Assembly: GCA_903872065.1 (NCBI GenBank)
Contig: CAIQJJ010000340.1
Span: forward strand, 1 to 55,157
DNA: 55,157 bases
Direction: 5' to 3'
Source: an uncultured Anaerolineales bacterium
Lineage (GTDB): Bacteria; Chloroflexota; Anaerolineae; Anaerolineales; UBA4823
Shown here one piece after another: positions 44,136 to 54,441 of this stretch; the stretch's first letter is position 1, and each line of letters starts with the position of its first letter. The position numbers were made by a program, and so were the translations under genes. The notes beneath the pieces were generated by a model. That model worked only from the letters and a program-made list of their open reading frames with translations, ran no database searches and was not told the origin of the DNA.

Positions 44136-46691
44136 ATGGACGACAAAACATTACAAACTCTCGAATACTTTAAAATTCTCGACCGCCTGGCTGAGTATAC
44201 TGCTTTTGCAGCCTCGCGCGATCGAGTGTTGGCCTTGCGCCCAACGACCCACCTCGAAGAAGCCCTGCGCCGCCAGACTGAAACCTCCGAAGCAGTCCAG
44301 TTCCTTGTCACCCGCCCGGACATGACGATTGGCGGGGCGCGCGATATTCGCGCCGCGGTGGACCTGGCCAATCACGGCGGCGTGCTGACGCCCGGCGATT
44401 TGCTGGATGTGAAATCCACCATCATTGCAGCCCGCACCCTCAGCCGCACCTTTGAACGCCTGGGCCCGCAGTTCCCTCATCTGTGCGATTGGGCGGCGCA
44501 GCTGCCGCCTCCGCTCGGTCTGGTAGATGCAATCACACGGACGCTCAACGATCGCGGTGAAATCTTGGACAGCGCCTCAGACAAATTGGGCAAAATTCGC
44601 CATGATTTGCGCATTGCCTACGATCGCTTGATGACCAAGTTGCAGCGCATGGTGACAGACCCCAGGAACGCCCCCATTTTGCAAGAGACGATCGTGACGC
44701 AGCGCGATGGCCGGTATGTTATTCCCTTGCGGGCTGAATTTAAGGGGCGGATCAAATCCATTGTGCATGATCAGTCGGCCTCTGGCTCGACCTTGTTCAT
44801 CGAACCGGTGGCGGTGGTTGAACTCAACAATGAATATCGCGAATTGCAATTGGCTGAACGCGATGAAGAACGGCGCATCCTGGCTGAACTATCGGCGGAT
44901 GTAGCCGCGCATGGCGAGCTTCTGCTGCATACGGTGGAAGTGATCGCGGAGCTGGACTTTATCTTTGCCCGCGCCAGGTATTCTGATGATTTGCGAGCGA
45001 CTGAGCCGTCGCTGAAGCTGGTCGGCAAACCGCGCGAGCTTGGCAAAACTGGCGGCGAGCGGCGCGGCGCAGCCGAGGCGGCGGAACCTTTGCCTTCTGA
45101 GTCTCCATCCCCTGAACCTGTCCCCGTGGCTGGAGGCTCAGACGCGCCGGCGCTTCCAGCCGCCGAGGCGCAGTCAGTCACGATCCGCCATCCTGGAACA
45201 GTCATCCGCTTGACGCAAGCGCGCCATCCCCTGTTGGACCCCCAAACGGTGGTGCCGATTGATATGGAACTGGATCCCCAAACCTTTGTCCTGGTAGTCA
45301 CCGGGCCAAATACAGGCGGCAAGACCGTCTCGCTCAAAACTGTGGGGCTGTTGGCGTTGATGGCGCAAAGCGGCATGCACATCCCGGCCCATTCTGGCTC
45401 TGAACTGACCATGTTCCGCGAAATCTACGCCGATATCGGCGATGAGCAGTCTATCGAGCAGTCGCTGTCCACCTTCTCTGGTCATGTCAAGAACATCATC
45501 CGCATCTTGAAGCGCGCCGATCGTCACGCCCTGGTGATCCTGGACGAACTTGGCGCCGGCACTGATCCACAGGAAGGCGCGGCGTTGGCGCGGGCGCTGC
45601 TCTCGCATTTGCTGGCGCGCGGGATTACAACCCTGGTGACTACTCACCATCCTGAGTTGAAGTCTTTTGCGCACACCACTCCTGGCGTGGTGAACGCCAG
45701 CGCCGAATTTGATCTGCAAACCCTGCGTCCCACCTATCACCTGACCATCGGCTTGCCGGGGCGCTCCAACGCTCTGGCCATTGCGCAGCGCCTGGGGATG
45801 CCAGAAGAGATTATTGCTGACGCTCGCAGTGAATTGCATCCTGATGATCTGCGCGCCGAAAGCCTGTTGGATGAAATTCATCGCCAGCGCGATGCGGCGC
45901 GCAAGGCGCGCGGCGCAGCCGACCGCGCCCGCCACGAAGCGGAGAAACTGCGCTCCCAGCTCAACGCCCGCCTGGATCAGATTGAAGAGGAGCGTCACAA
46001 AATCCTGGAAAGCGCCCGCGCCGAGAGCGAGGCCCAGGCGGCGGCGTTCCAGGAAGAGATCGTCGAATTACGCCGCCAATTGACCCGCGCTCGCCAGCCG
46101 CTCGAGGTCATTCGGGACGTGGAGGAGAAAGCGCAAGAGATTGCCGAGATCGCCGCCCAGCCGGCGCCCAGTGAAGTGCGCCGCCCGCCAGTGGTGGAGC
46201 GCAGCAAACCCGGCGCGCCGGCCCCCAGCGCCGCGGTGGGTTCCAAAGTGCACTTAAAAACTCTCAACACCCGAGGCGTGATCACGGCGCTGGGCGAAGA
46301 GGAAGCCGAAGTGCAGGTGGGTATGATGCGCGTGCGCGTGCGCTTGAGCGATTTGCAACTGAGCGCCAATGAGGAGCAGCCAGTGGAGGAGCGCCCGGCG
46401 GCGGCAGAGAAAAGCGCCGCCAGCCGCTCGACCGTTGAGTCGCCGGGCCTGGAGCTTGATCTGCGCGGCCAGCGCGCCGAAGACGCCCTTGACGCTCTGG
46501 ATCGCTACCTGGAAAACGCCTACCTGGCCGGCCTGCTTTGGGTGCGCATTATTCATGGCAAGGGCACTGGCAAGCTGCGCCTGGCGGTGCGCGAAGTTCT
46601 GCATCAGCACCCTCACGTTAAATCGTTTGAAGCCGGCGGCGATAAGGAAGGCGGTGAAGGTGTGACCGTGGTTAAGTTTCATAACGCCTGA
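44136..46691 (+). CDS. mutS2: Endonuclease MutS2 (MutS-family ATPase with C-terminal Smr domain)
   Basis: VTGPNTGGKTV, DELGAGTDP, and the Smr region LDLRGQRAEDALDALDRYL ... IIHGKGTGKLR. Confidence 0.9.
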   Translation: MDDKTLQTLEYFKILDRLAEYTAFAASRDRVLALRPTTHLEEALRRQTETSEAVQFLVTRPDMTIGGARDIRAAVDLANHGGVLTPGDLLDVKSTIIAARTLSRTFERLGPQFPHLCDWAAQLPPPLGLVDAITRTLNDRGEILDSASDKLGKIRHDLRIAYDRLMTKLQRMVTDPRNAPILQETIVTQRDGRYVIPLRAEFKGRIKSIVHDQSASGSTLFIEPVAVVELNNEYRELQLAERDEERRILAELSADVAAHGELLLHTVEVIAELDFIFARARYSDDLRATEPSLKLVGKPRELGKTGGERRGAAEAAEPLPSESPSPEPVPVAGGSDAPALPAAEAQSVTIRHPGTVIRLTQARHPLLDPQTVVPIDMELDPQTFVLVVTGPNTGGKTVSLKTVGLLALMAQSGMHIPAHSGSELTMFREIYADIGDEQSIEQSLSTFSGHVKNIIRILKRADRHALVILDELGAGTDPQEGAALARALLSHLLARGITTLVTTHHPELKSFAHTTPGVVNASAEFDLQTLRPTYHLTIGLPGRSNALAIAQRLGMPEEIIADARSELHPDDLRAESLLDEIHRQRDAARKARGAADRARHEAEKLRSQLNARLDQIEEERHKILESARAESEAQAAAFQEEIVELRRQLTRARQPLEVIRDVEEKAQEIAEIAAQPAPSEVRRPPVVERSKPGAPAPSAAVGSKVHLKTLNTRGVITALGEEEAEVQVGMMRVRVRLSDLQLSANEEQPVEERPAAAEKSAASRSTVESPGLELDLRGQRAEDALDALDRYLENAYLAGLLWVRIIHGKGTGKLRLAVREVLHQHPHVKSFEAGGDKEGGEGVTVVKFHNA

Positions 46692-46723
46692 GAAGTTGGC
46701 GCAGGCTGCGGAGGTCTCAAACA

Positions 46724-49489
46724 ATGAAACTTCGCTGGCTGTTGTGGGTCCTGGCAATCGCCTTTGTCTGGTTGGTGGTCACGCGCTATGCTGAACTAGA
46801 GCAGTTGTATGCGATCCTTGCCCAGGGAAGATGGCAGTGGGTGCTGGCGGCGGCCTTGCTGCAGGTGGGTTATTATGTCGCCTATACGGCGGTGCACCAA
46901 TCGGCTTTTGCCACGGTCGAGGTGGAAAGCCGGCTGAAAAACTTACTGCCGATTGTCTTCGCCTCGCTCTTTTTGAATGTCGCCGCGCCGACGGCCGGGG
47001 CCAGTGGGACGGCTTTGTTTGTCGAAGACGCCCTGCGGCGCAAACAATCGGGCATTCGCACCGCGGCCGGCATCCTGCTGGTCTATATTGCGATGTTTTG
47101 CGCCTTCACCGTCGTTTTGGCGGTGGGGATGACGGTGCTGTTTCTCTACCACGATTTGCACGCCTACCAGGTCGTGGCGGCTTTGCTGCTGCTGCTGGCC
47201 CTGGCCGGCATGACCGGCGTGCTGCTGCTCGGATTGTGGAGTGTAAGCTTGCTGCGGCGCATCTTGGGGATAGTGCAAGATGCGGTCAATGCCATCGCGC
47301 GGCGCATCCGCCGCCCGGATTTTTTGGCGGCGGATTGGGCGGAGCAAAACACCCTTCAGTTTGTTGAGGCGGCGCACGAGGTGGCGGCCCATCCACGCCG
47401 GCTGCTGCGTACAGTTGGATTGGCTTTGGCGGCGCATTGGGTGAACCTGCTGTGTTTGTATGCCGTCTTTTTGGCGTTCGATCACCAGGTAGAGCCGGGG
47501 GTCTTGGTCGCTGGTTATTCGATGGCGATCTTATTCTTGATCGTCTCGCCCACCCCGCAGGGCATTGGCGTGGTCGAGGGCGTCATGGCCCTGGTCTTCA
47601 CCTCTTTACATGTGCCGGGGACGCAAGCGACCGTGATTGCCCTGGCCTTTCGTGGGCTGTCGTTCTGGCTACCCTTTTCTTTAGGCTTCTTTCTCATTGA
47701 GCGCTTGCAAATTTTCCGCGGCGAGCAGCGCTCGCGCGCCCGCAGTTGGACGGTGCGCGCAGCGGCCCTGATGACGGGATTGATAGGAACCGTGAATGTG
47801 ATTTCCGCCGCCACCCCGCCGGTAGCCGATCGCCTTTGGTTGGTGGAACGCCTCTCGCCTCTGGAGGTGCAGGTTGCCAGCCGCCTGGCGGCGGCTCTGA
47901 GCGGCTTTGCTTTGCTGCTGTTGGCCGGCAATCTTTGGCGGCGGGCGCGAACCTCGTGGTTGATGACCCTGGCCATTTTGGTCTTCGCGGCGTTCAGTCA
48001 CCTATTTAAGGGCTGCGATTTCGAGATGATGATCTTGGCGTTGGCCCTGGCTGCCTGGTTGTTTGCGCAGCGGGCGCATTTTCACGCCTACTCAGATACC
48101 GCCTCGCCGCAGCAGGGCTGGCACGCCCTGAAGAACGCTTTTCTGTTCACCCTGATCTATGGCTTGACCGGCTTCTATTTGCTCGACCAGCATTTCAGCG
48201 TCAGTTTCAGCCTGTTGGCCGCCCTGCGCCAGACGGTGCTTATGTTTATCCGGTTTTATGATCCTGGCGTCGAGCCGCTCACCGATTTCGGGCGTTATTT
48301 CGTCAATTCGATTTATGCGGTAGGGGCGGTTTCGCTGGGCTATGCGTTGTTCATGCTGTTTCGCCCGCGGCTGCTGCGCCAGCCCAGCCTGGATCAGCGC
48401 CGCCGCGCTGAAGCCATCATCCAGGCGTATGGGCAGACGCCTTTAGCCCGTTTTGCCTTATTCAGCGATAAATCTTACTGCTTCAGCCCTTCGGGGCAGT
48501 CGGTGACGGCTTTTGTCGCCAAAAGGCCCTCCCTCTTTGCGCCGCGCGTGGCGATTGCTTTAGGAGACCCGATCGGCCCGCCGGACGATGCGCCGCAAGC
48601 GATCGCCGCCTTCAAGAAATTGTGTGAGCAGAACGGTTGGCAGCCGGCTTTTTACCAGACCTCCCCCGATGCGCTGGCGCATTATCAGCAGGCCGGTTTC
48701 CAGACGCTTTGCATTGGCCAGGAAGCGGTGGTCAACCTGGAAAATTTCAACCTGCAGAGCCATGCGAGCAAACCCTTGCGCACGGCGGTCAATCACCTGA
48801 TCCATACTGGCTGCCATACCCAGGTCTTTCTGCCGCCGTTGGCCGGGGAACTGCTGGATGATTTGCAGGCGGTGAGCGATGAATGGTTGACCATCATGCA
48901 CGGTGTGGAAAAGCGTTTCTCATTGGGCTCTTTTGATGATGATTACATCCGTCACTGTCCAGTGATGGTGGTGCAGTCAGCCGAGGGATCCATCAGCGCC
49001 TTTGCCAATGCTATCTTTGTTGGTCACGCAGACCGTCCCAGGCAGGCTGCGGTGGATCTGGCGCGGCGCGGCAAGCATGTCGAAAACGGCGCCATGGAAT
49101 TCTTGTTTGCGGCCTTGCTGCAGTGGGCCAAATCCCAGGGCTGCCAGACTTTTAGCCTGGGGTTGAGTGCGCTTGCCGGGGATGGCGGCGTTCCGCATGA
49201 GCCATCTGCCGAGAGCGCCTTGCATGCCCTATTTAAGCACATCAGCCACCTATACAGTTTTCGCGGCCTGCACCAGTTTAAAGAAAAATTTCATCCTGAG
49301 TGGTCGCCGCGCTACCTGGTTTTTCCCACCTGGGCCAGCCTGCCGCAAGTGACACTGGCGCTGGCGCGGGCGGAAGCGGGCGATGACCTTGCTACTACCC
49401 TGCTCACTGCGTGGACATCCGTCCTGGCGGCGCTCTCAGCCCGCCTGGCGCGTCGTTCTGCACGGGCGACGCGGAGGCTTTCTCGATGA
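46724..49489 (+). CDS. mprF: MprF-like bifunctional aminoacyl-phosphatidylglycerol synthase/flippase
   Basis: 921 aa with about 14 TM helices, followed by a cytosolic DUF2156/LPG-synthase-like C-terminal domain. Confidence 0.7.
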   Translation: MKLRWLLWVLAIAFVWLVVTRYAELEQLYAILAQGRWQWVLAAALLQVGYYVAYTAVHQSAFATVEVESRLKNLLPIVFASLFLNVAAPTAGASGTALFVEDALRRKQSGIRTAAGILLVYIAMFCAFTVVLAVGMTVLFLYHDLHAYQVVAALLLLLALAGMTGVLLLGLWSVSLLRRILGIVQDAVNAIARRIRRPDFLAADWAEQNTLQFVEAAHEVAAHPRRLLRTVGLALAAHWVNLLCLYAVFLAFDHQVEPGVLVAGYSMAILFLIVSPTPQGIGVVEGVMALVFTSLHVPGTQATVIALAFRGLSFWLPFSLGFFLIERLQIFRGEQRSRARSWTVRAAALMTGLIGTVNVISAATPPVADRLWLVERLSPLEVQVASRLAAALSGFALLLLAGNLWRRARTSWLMTLAILVFAAFSHLFKGCDFEMMILALALAAWLFAQRAHFHAYSDTASPQQGWHALKNAFLFTLIYGLTGFYLLDQHFSVSFSLLAALRQTVLMFIRFYDPGVEPLTDFGRYFVNSIYAVGAVSLGYALFMLFRPRLLRQPSLDQRRRAEAIIQAYGQTPLARFALFSDKSYCFSPSGQSVTAFVAKRPSLFAPRVAIALGDPIGPPDDAPQAIAAFKKLCEQNGWQPAFYQTSPDALAHYQQAGFQTLCIGQEAVVNLENFNLQSHASKPLRTAVNHLIHTGCHTQVFLPPLAGELLDDLQAVSDEWLTIMHGVEKRFSLGSFDDDYIRHCPVMVVQSAEGSISAFANAIFVGHADRPRQAAVDLARRGKHVENGAMEFLFAALLQWAKSQGCQTFSLGLSALAGDGGVPHEPSAESALHALFKHISHLYSFRGLHQFKEKFHPEWSPRYLVFPTWASLPQVTLALARAEAGDDLATTLLTAWTSVLAALSARLARRSARATRRLSR

Positions 49490-50472
49490 CCGGTGTTCCG
49501 CAAGACGGGTCGCCAGGCGCGCCGCAAAGTGGGCCGGCGTTCCAGATCGGTCGAATTCAAGTTCATGGCGACTTGATCCTTGCGCCGATGGACGGTTATT
49601 CCGATCAACCCTATCGCTCCATTTGCCGTGAACTGGGTTCGGCGGTGAGCTACACCGAGTTTGTCAATGCCCTGGATATTTTGCAGGGTCATCCCTATGT
49701 TCATGAGAAGCTCAAATACCTGCCGGGAGAACGCCCGGTCATCTTTCAATTGTTCGACAGCGATCCCGATCGCCTGCTGGAAGTGGCCTTGCGTTTGCAG
49801 GAATTGGAACCGGATGGGATTGACATCAACCTGGGCTGTTCGGCGCGCAACGTGTCGGGGCGCGGGGCGGGGGCCGGGCTGCTCAAAACGCCGCACAAGA
49901 TCGCCCTGATCTTTCAAAAGCTCGTCTCGGCGCTCAGCCTGCCGGTGACGGCGAAAATCCGCCTGGGCTGGGACGAGAAGAGCCGCAATTATTTGCAGGT
50001 GGCGCGCCTGTTGGAGGAGAATGGGGCGGCGGCGCTTGCTGTGCATGGGCGCACCAAAGCCCAGGGCTACGGCGGGCAAGCCGATTGGGAGGCCATCGCT
50101 GCCGTGCGCCAGGCGGTCTCAATCCCGGTGATCGCCAACGGGGACGTGCGCACGACAGCGGATATTGCGCGCATTAAGGCGCAGACGGGCTGCGCGGCGG
50201 TAATGATCGGGCGCGCTGCGATCGGCAATCCCTGGATTTTCTCCCGCCTGGACCGCCAGGATGCGCCGCCGGAACTGGTGCGCGCCACGATGGAGCGCCA
50301 TTTAGAACGCATGTTAGCCTTCTACGGGTCAGCGCATGGCCTGGTCTGGTTTCGCAAGCATGCAGAGCGTTATTTGCGCCCCTACGCTCTGCCTGTAGCC
50401 CTGCGCCAGCAGTTGCTGACAGCCGACCGCCTGGAGGATTTTTGGGCGCTGGTAGAGAGGAGCTTGAAGTAA
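49486..50472 (+). CDS. dus: tRNA-dihydrouridine synthase
   Basis: ILAPMDGYSDQPYR, DINLGCS (catalytic Cys) and VHGRT. ATG 49486 overlaps the mprF TGA (ATGA). Confidence 0.85.
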   Translation: MTGVPQDGSPGAPQSGPAFQIGRIQVHGDLILAPMDGYSDQPYRSICRELGSAVSYTEFVNALDILQGHPYVHEKLKYLPGERPVIFQLFDSDPDRLLEVALRLQELEPDGIDINLGCSARNVSGRGAGAGLLKTPHKIALIFQKLVSALSLPVTAKIRLGWDEKSRNYLQVARLLEENGAAALAVHGRTKAQGYGGQADWEAIAAVRQAVSIPVIANGDVRTTADIARIKAQTGCAAVMIGRAAIGNPWIFSRLDRQDAPPELVRATMERHLERMLAFYGSAHGLVWFRKHAERYLRPYALPVALRQQLLTADRLEDFWALVERSLK

Positions 50473-50474
50473 CA

Positions 50475-53450
50475 ATGGACGAAATTGAGAGCCACTCGCG
50501 TCTGGTCGAAGATAATCCCGCCGATGTCATCTTTGATAAGGTTTTTCATGCCAGCCCCATGCCGCAATTCATTGTCAATCTTGAGACGGAGCATATCCTG
50601 GATGTAAACAAATCCTATGCGAAGCTGGTCGGTTATGGGCGCGAAGAACTGCTAGGTCATACCCCTCGCGAATTGGGGTTGTGGAAAACGCCGCAGGATC
50701 GCATCCAAATCGTCCAGACTTTATCTACTGACGGTTATGTGCAAGACTTAGAGCTTGAAATCCAAACGCGCGCCGGTGAAATGCGCACTGTGATCGCATC
50801 GGCGCAGCGGATCGAGGCGCGCGGCGAGGCGTGTATTCTTTTCGCGGCCGTCAATATCACGGGGCGCAAGCTGGCGGAAAAAGAATTGAAGGAGAGCGAG
50901 GAGCGGTTTTCAACCGCGTTCTTCACCAGCCCAATCTCGCAATCTATCATCACTCAGGCAGACAATCAGATTATGGCTGTCAACGATGCCTGCTGCCGCC
51001 TGTTAGGATACAGCCGCGCCGAACTGGTCGGCGCCAGCCCAGCGCAACTCAACTTGTGGGAAAACCCTGCCGATGGCCTGTCTGCGGCCGAAGAATTGTT
51101 GCAAACCGGCCATTTGCTCCCACGGGAGACGACCGTGCGCGGTAAGTCCGGCGAAATCCGCGCCGTCCTCGCGGCCATCGAGCCAATTATGTGGAAGAGA
51201 ATTCCCTGTTGGCTCTCATTGATTGTTGATATCACTGAGCGTAAACGGGCAGAGGATAAGCTGCGCGAGAGTGAGGAGCGCTATCGCCTGATCTCAGAAA
51301 ATGCGGCAGATGTCATCTGGGTGCTGGACCCGTTCCAGGGGAAATTCACCTACGTCAGTCCATCAGTGCAGCGCTTGCGCGGCTATACCCCTGAAGAGGT
51401 AATGATCCAACCGGTGAACGAGGCCCTGACGCCCGAATCCCTCAAACTGGTCTCTGATTCGATGGCCTCGAACCTGCCGCCGTTCCTGGCCAGGGGCAGT
51501 GGGACAGAGTCCTACATCAACGAAGTCGATCAGCCGCACAAGGACGGCCGCATCATTCAGACCGAGGTGACCACCACTTACATGTTCAACGAGCGCGGCC
51601 AGGTTGAGGTGGTGGGCGTTTCGCGCGACATCACCGCCCGTAAGCAAACCGAGGCGGAAATTCTTTCCCGGCAGCAGTTGCTTGAAAAAGTAATCCAGTT
51701 GGGCAAAAATATCACCGCCATCACCGATCTGGACCTCTGCTTGCGCGAAATCTACGACAGCATTCGCCTGGGCCTGGGCCTCGATCGGGTGGGGTTGTTC
51801 TTGTACGATGCCTCCAGCCGGGCGGTGCGCGGTGTATATGGCACCAGCCGCGCTGGCGAAAGGGAAGACACTACCTGGTTCCAAGAAGCAGTAGATGCCA
51901 AACCCAATTGGGTAAAAGCCCTGCAAAGCCCCTCCGGGATTTCGTTTGAGGAGGACTATCAGTCCGTCCATCAGCCGCCGGTAGAGAGTGATTTGTACGG
52001 CGTCCACCAACACATCTCCCTGGCAGCCTGGGCCGGGGATGAACCCGTGGCCCTGATCGCGGTCGACAACCTGACTTCGGGTCGCCCGATCACGCCGGCG
52101 GAAGTGGAAGCGCTGCAGCTTTTTGCCGGGTATGCCGGCCTGGCCATCGCGAACGCGCGCCTGAACGCCAGCCTGGAACGGCGCGTCGAAGAACGCACCG
52201 CAGAGTTGTTAGAGAGCCGCGATAAGTTAAGCGCCGCCAACGCGGCCCTGGAAAGGGCCGCCCGCATGAAGGATGAGTTCCTCGCCAGCATGAGCCACGA
52301 GCTGCGCACGCCGCTCACGGGCATTCTGGGCTTGTCCGAAGCCTTGCAGCTCAACACTTATGGCCTGCTCACCGAGAGACAGATGAAAGCCGTTCGGACG
52401 ATTGAGGAGAGCGGCCAGCATTTGTTGGCTCTGATCAATGACATCCTGGATTTATCGAAAATTGAAGCCGGGATGCTCGATCTGAATATCGAACCAGTTT
52501 CACTCTCCACTGTATGCCAGGCTGCCTTACAATTAACCAAAGGGATGGCCAATAAAAAGCAGCATCAGGTAAGTTTTGTGATGACCCCGCCAGTCATTGT
52601 CACCCGTGGAGATGCACGCCGGCTTAAGCAAATGCTGGTCAATCTGCTCAGCAATGCGATTAAATTCACCCCAAGCGGCGGCGCGCTGGGCGTGGAAGTG
52701 CGGGCAAGCGAAGCAGAGCAGGTCGTCAGGCTGACTGTCTGGGATACGGGGATTGGAATTGCCCCCGAGGATCTGGAGCGCTTATTTCAACCTTTTGTCC
52801 AGCTTGAAAGCGGCCTGGCGCGCCAATATGAAGGTACTGGATTGGGGCTTTCGTTGGTGCAGCGTATGGCCGAGATGCACGGCGGCTGTGTCCAGGTGGA
52901 GAGCGCCCTGGGCGCCGGCAGCCGCTTTACCGTTTTGCTGCCCTGGTCGCCGCAAGCAGCCCGGCCAGCGCCGCCGGCCGCCGGTGCTGTCGCCTCTTTG
53001 AAGAGTGAACTGACCAAGAGCCTTTCCGCTCAGGAAACCCCGGCGGCCAAATCAGAGCGACACGCCAGCAACCCCCATGTCTTGATCGTAGATGATACCG
53101 AAGCGATCATCGAAACGTTGACTACTTTTCTGCAACCGCAGGGTTTCAACGTTACAGCCGTGCGCAGCGGCATAGAACTGCTCAAAGTGGCGCCGGAAGC
53201 GCGCCCGGACATTATTTTGATGGACATTCAAATGCCGGTAATGGATGGCGTGGAGGCTATCCGCCGCATTCGGGCGCACTTCGATCCCCTTATTGTACGG
53301 ACGCCGATCATCGCCCTGACCGCCCTTGTCATGCCCGGCGATCGGGAACGCTGCCTGGCAGCCGGGGCCGATGAATACTTGAGCAAGCCGGTAAAACTGA
53401 CCACGCTGGTGGACATCATTCGTAAATTTGTTAGAACTGAAGGAGTTTAG
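50475..53450 (+). CDS. Hybrid sensor histidine kinase (multiple PAS, GAF, HisKA, HATPase_c, C-terminal receiver)
   Basis: Three PAS-like blocks ending in ITERK/ITGRK/ITARK. H-box SHELRTPLTGI, N-box NLLSNAIKFT, G-boxes DTGIGIA and GTGLGLS. Receiver: LIVDD ... ILMDIQMPVMDG ... YLSKP. Confidence 0.9.
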   Translation: MDEIESHSRLVEDNPADVIFDKVFHASPMPQFIVNLETEHILDVNKSYAKLVGYGREELLGHTPRELGLWKTPQDRIQIVQTLSTDGYVQDLELEIQTRAGEMRTVIASAQRIEARGEACILFAAVNITGRKLAEKELKESEERFSTAFFTSPISQSIITQADNQIMAVNDACCRLLGYSRAELVGASPAQLNLWENPADGLSAAEELLQTGHLLPRETTVRGKSGEIRAVLAAIEPIMWKRIPCWLSLIVDITERKRAEDKLRESEERYRLISENAADVIWVLDPFQGKFTYVSPSVQRLRGYTPEEVMIQPVNEALTPESLKLVSDSMASNLPPFLARGSGTESYINEVDQPHKDGRIIQTEVTTTYMFNERGQVEVVGVSRDITARKQTEAEILSRQQLLEKVIQLGKNITAITDLDLCLREIYDSIRLGLGLDRVGLFLYDASSRAVRGVYGTSRAGEREDTTWFQEAVDAKPNWVKALQSPSGISFEEDYQSVHQPPVESDLYGVHQHISLAAWAGDEPVALIAVDNLTSGRPITPAEVEALQLFAGYAGLAIANARLNASLERRVEERTAELLESRDKLSAANAALERAARMKDEFLASMSHELRTPLTGILGLSEALQLNTYGLLTERQMKAVRTIEESGQHLLALINDILDLSKIEAGMLDLNIEPVSLSTVCQAALQLTKGMANKKQHQVSFVMTPPVIVTRGDARRLKQMLVNLLSNAIKFTPSGGALGVEVRASEAEQVVRLTVWDTGIGIAPEDLERLFQPFVQLESGLARQYEGTGLGLSLVQRMAEMHGGCVQVESALGAGSRFTVLLPWSPQAARPAPPAAGAVASLKSELTKSLSAQETPAAKSERHASNPHVLIVDDTEAIIETLTTFLQPQGFNVTAVRSGIELLKVAPEARPDIILMDIQMPVMDGVEAIRRIRAHFDPLIVRTPIIALTALVMPGDRERCLAAGADEYLSKPVKLTTLVDIIRKFVRTEGV

Positions 53451-53454
53451 ACCT

Positions 53455-54438
53455 ATGACCAACACTCGCGCCCGTATTGCGACCATTTGCCAGGGCGGCG
53501 TCTATTTCCCCACTATCGCCCAAAACCGCGCCGCGGTGCTGCAGCGGCTTGAAATGGCCCTCAAGTACCAGCCCGACCTGGTTTGCCTGCCAGAGACTTT
53601 CACTACCCCCTCAGTGCCGGGCGAACTGTCCAGCCTGGTGGAAAGCGTCCCAGGCCCGACCGTGGATGCGGTATCCAGCCTGGCCCGCCAGCATCACTGT
53701 TCCATCATCTGCCCCATCTTTACGCAGCGGGAGGGGGCTTATTGGAATTCGGCGGTGGTGATCGGGCGCGACGGCGGACTCGTGGGCATCTACGATAAGA
53801 TGCACCCCGTCACGAGCAGCAGCGATTATACGCGGATGGAGAACGGCGTTACCCCCGGCAGCGCCGCCCCCGTTTTTGATCTGGATTTTGGACGGATCGG
53901 CGTGCAGATTTGTTTTGACATCCAGTTCCCTGAAGGTTGGGCGGCATTGGCGCAGGGCGGGGCCAGGATCATCTTCTGGCCGTCGGCCTATAATGGCGGC
54001 TTTCCACTGCAAGCCTACGCCTGGCTGCATCACACCTATGTCATTTCCGCGGTCAACAGCAGCAAGTCCCGCATCATTGATCCCTGCGGCAGCATCCTGG
54101 CCGAAACCGACGCCTTGCTCAATGTGTTGGTGCGCGACATCAACCTGGATTATGCGGTCTGTCACTACGATTTCAACTACAACATCCCTGAGCGCATCCA
54201 GGCGGCCTATGCCGGGCGGGTGGAAGTCCGCACGCGCGGCGGGGATGCCTCGCATTTCGTGGTCGAGCCGGTAGACCCCTCGCTGACCATCGCTCAACTG
54301 CAGCGGGAAATTGGCTTTGTGACCACCCAAGAATATGTCCATCATCATCAGGCGGCGTATCCCATTTTGCGGGCCGGGCTGACCCCGCCGGCGCAGGTCG
54401 CGGCGCATGGCGAGCGCCCGATGTACCAAAAGGGATAG
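53455..54438 (+). CDS. Carbon-nitrogen hydrolase (nitrilase superfamily) protein
   Basis: E-K-C triad contexts LVCLPETF, YDKMHP and VQICFDIQFPE. Confidence 0.8.
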   Translation: MTNTRARIATICQGGVYFPTIAQNRAAVLQRLEMALKYQPDLVCLPETFTTPSVPGELSSLVESVPGPTVDAVSSLARQHHCSIICPIFTQREGAYWNSAVVIGRDGGLVGIYDKMHPVTSSSDYTRMENGVTPGSAAPVFDLDFGRIGVQICFDIQFPEGWAALAQGGARIIFWPSAYNGGFPLQAYAWLHHTYVISAVNSSKSRIIDPCGSILAETDALLNVLVRDINLDYAVCHYDFNYNIPERIQAAYAGRVEVRTRGGDASHFVVEPVDPSLTIAQLQREIGFVTTQEYVHHHQAAYPILRAGLTPPAQVAAHGERPMYQKG

Positions 54439-54441
54439 GCG

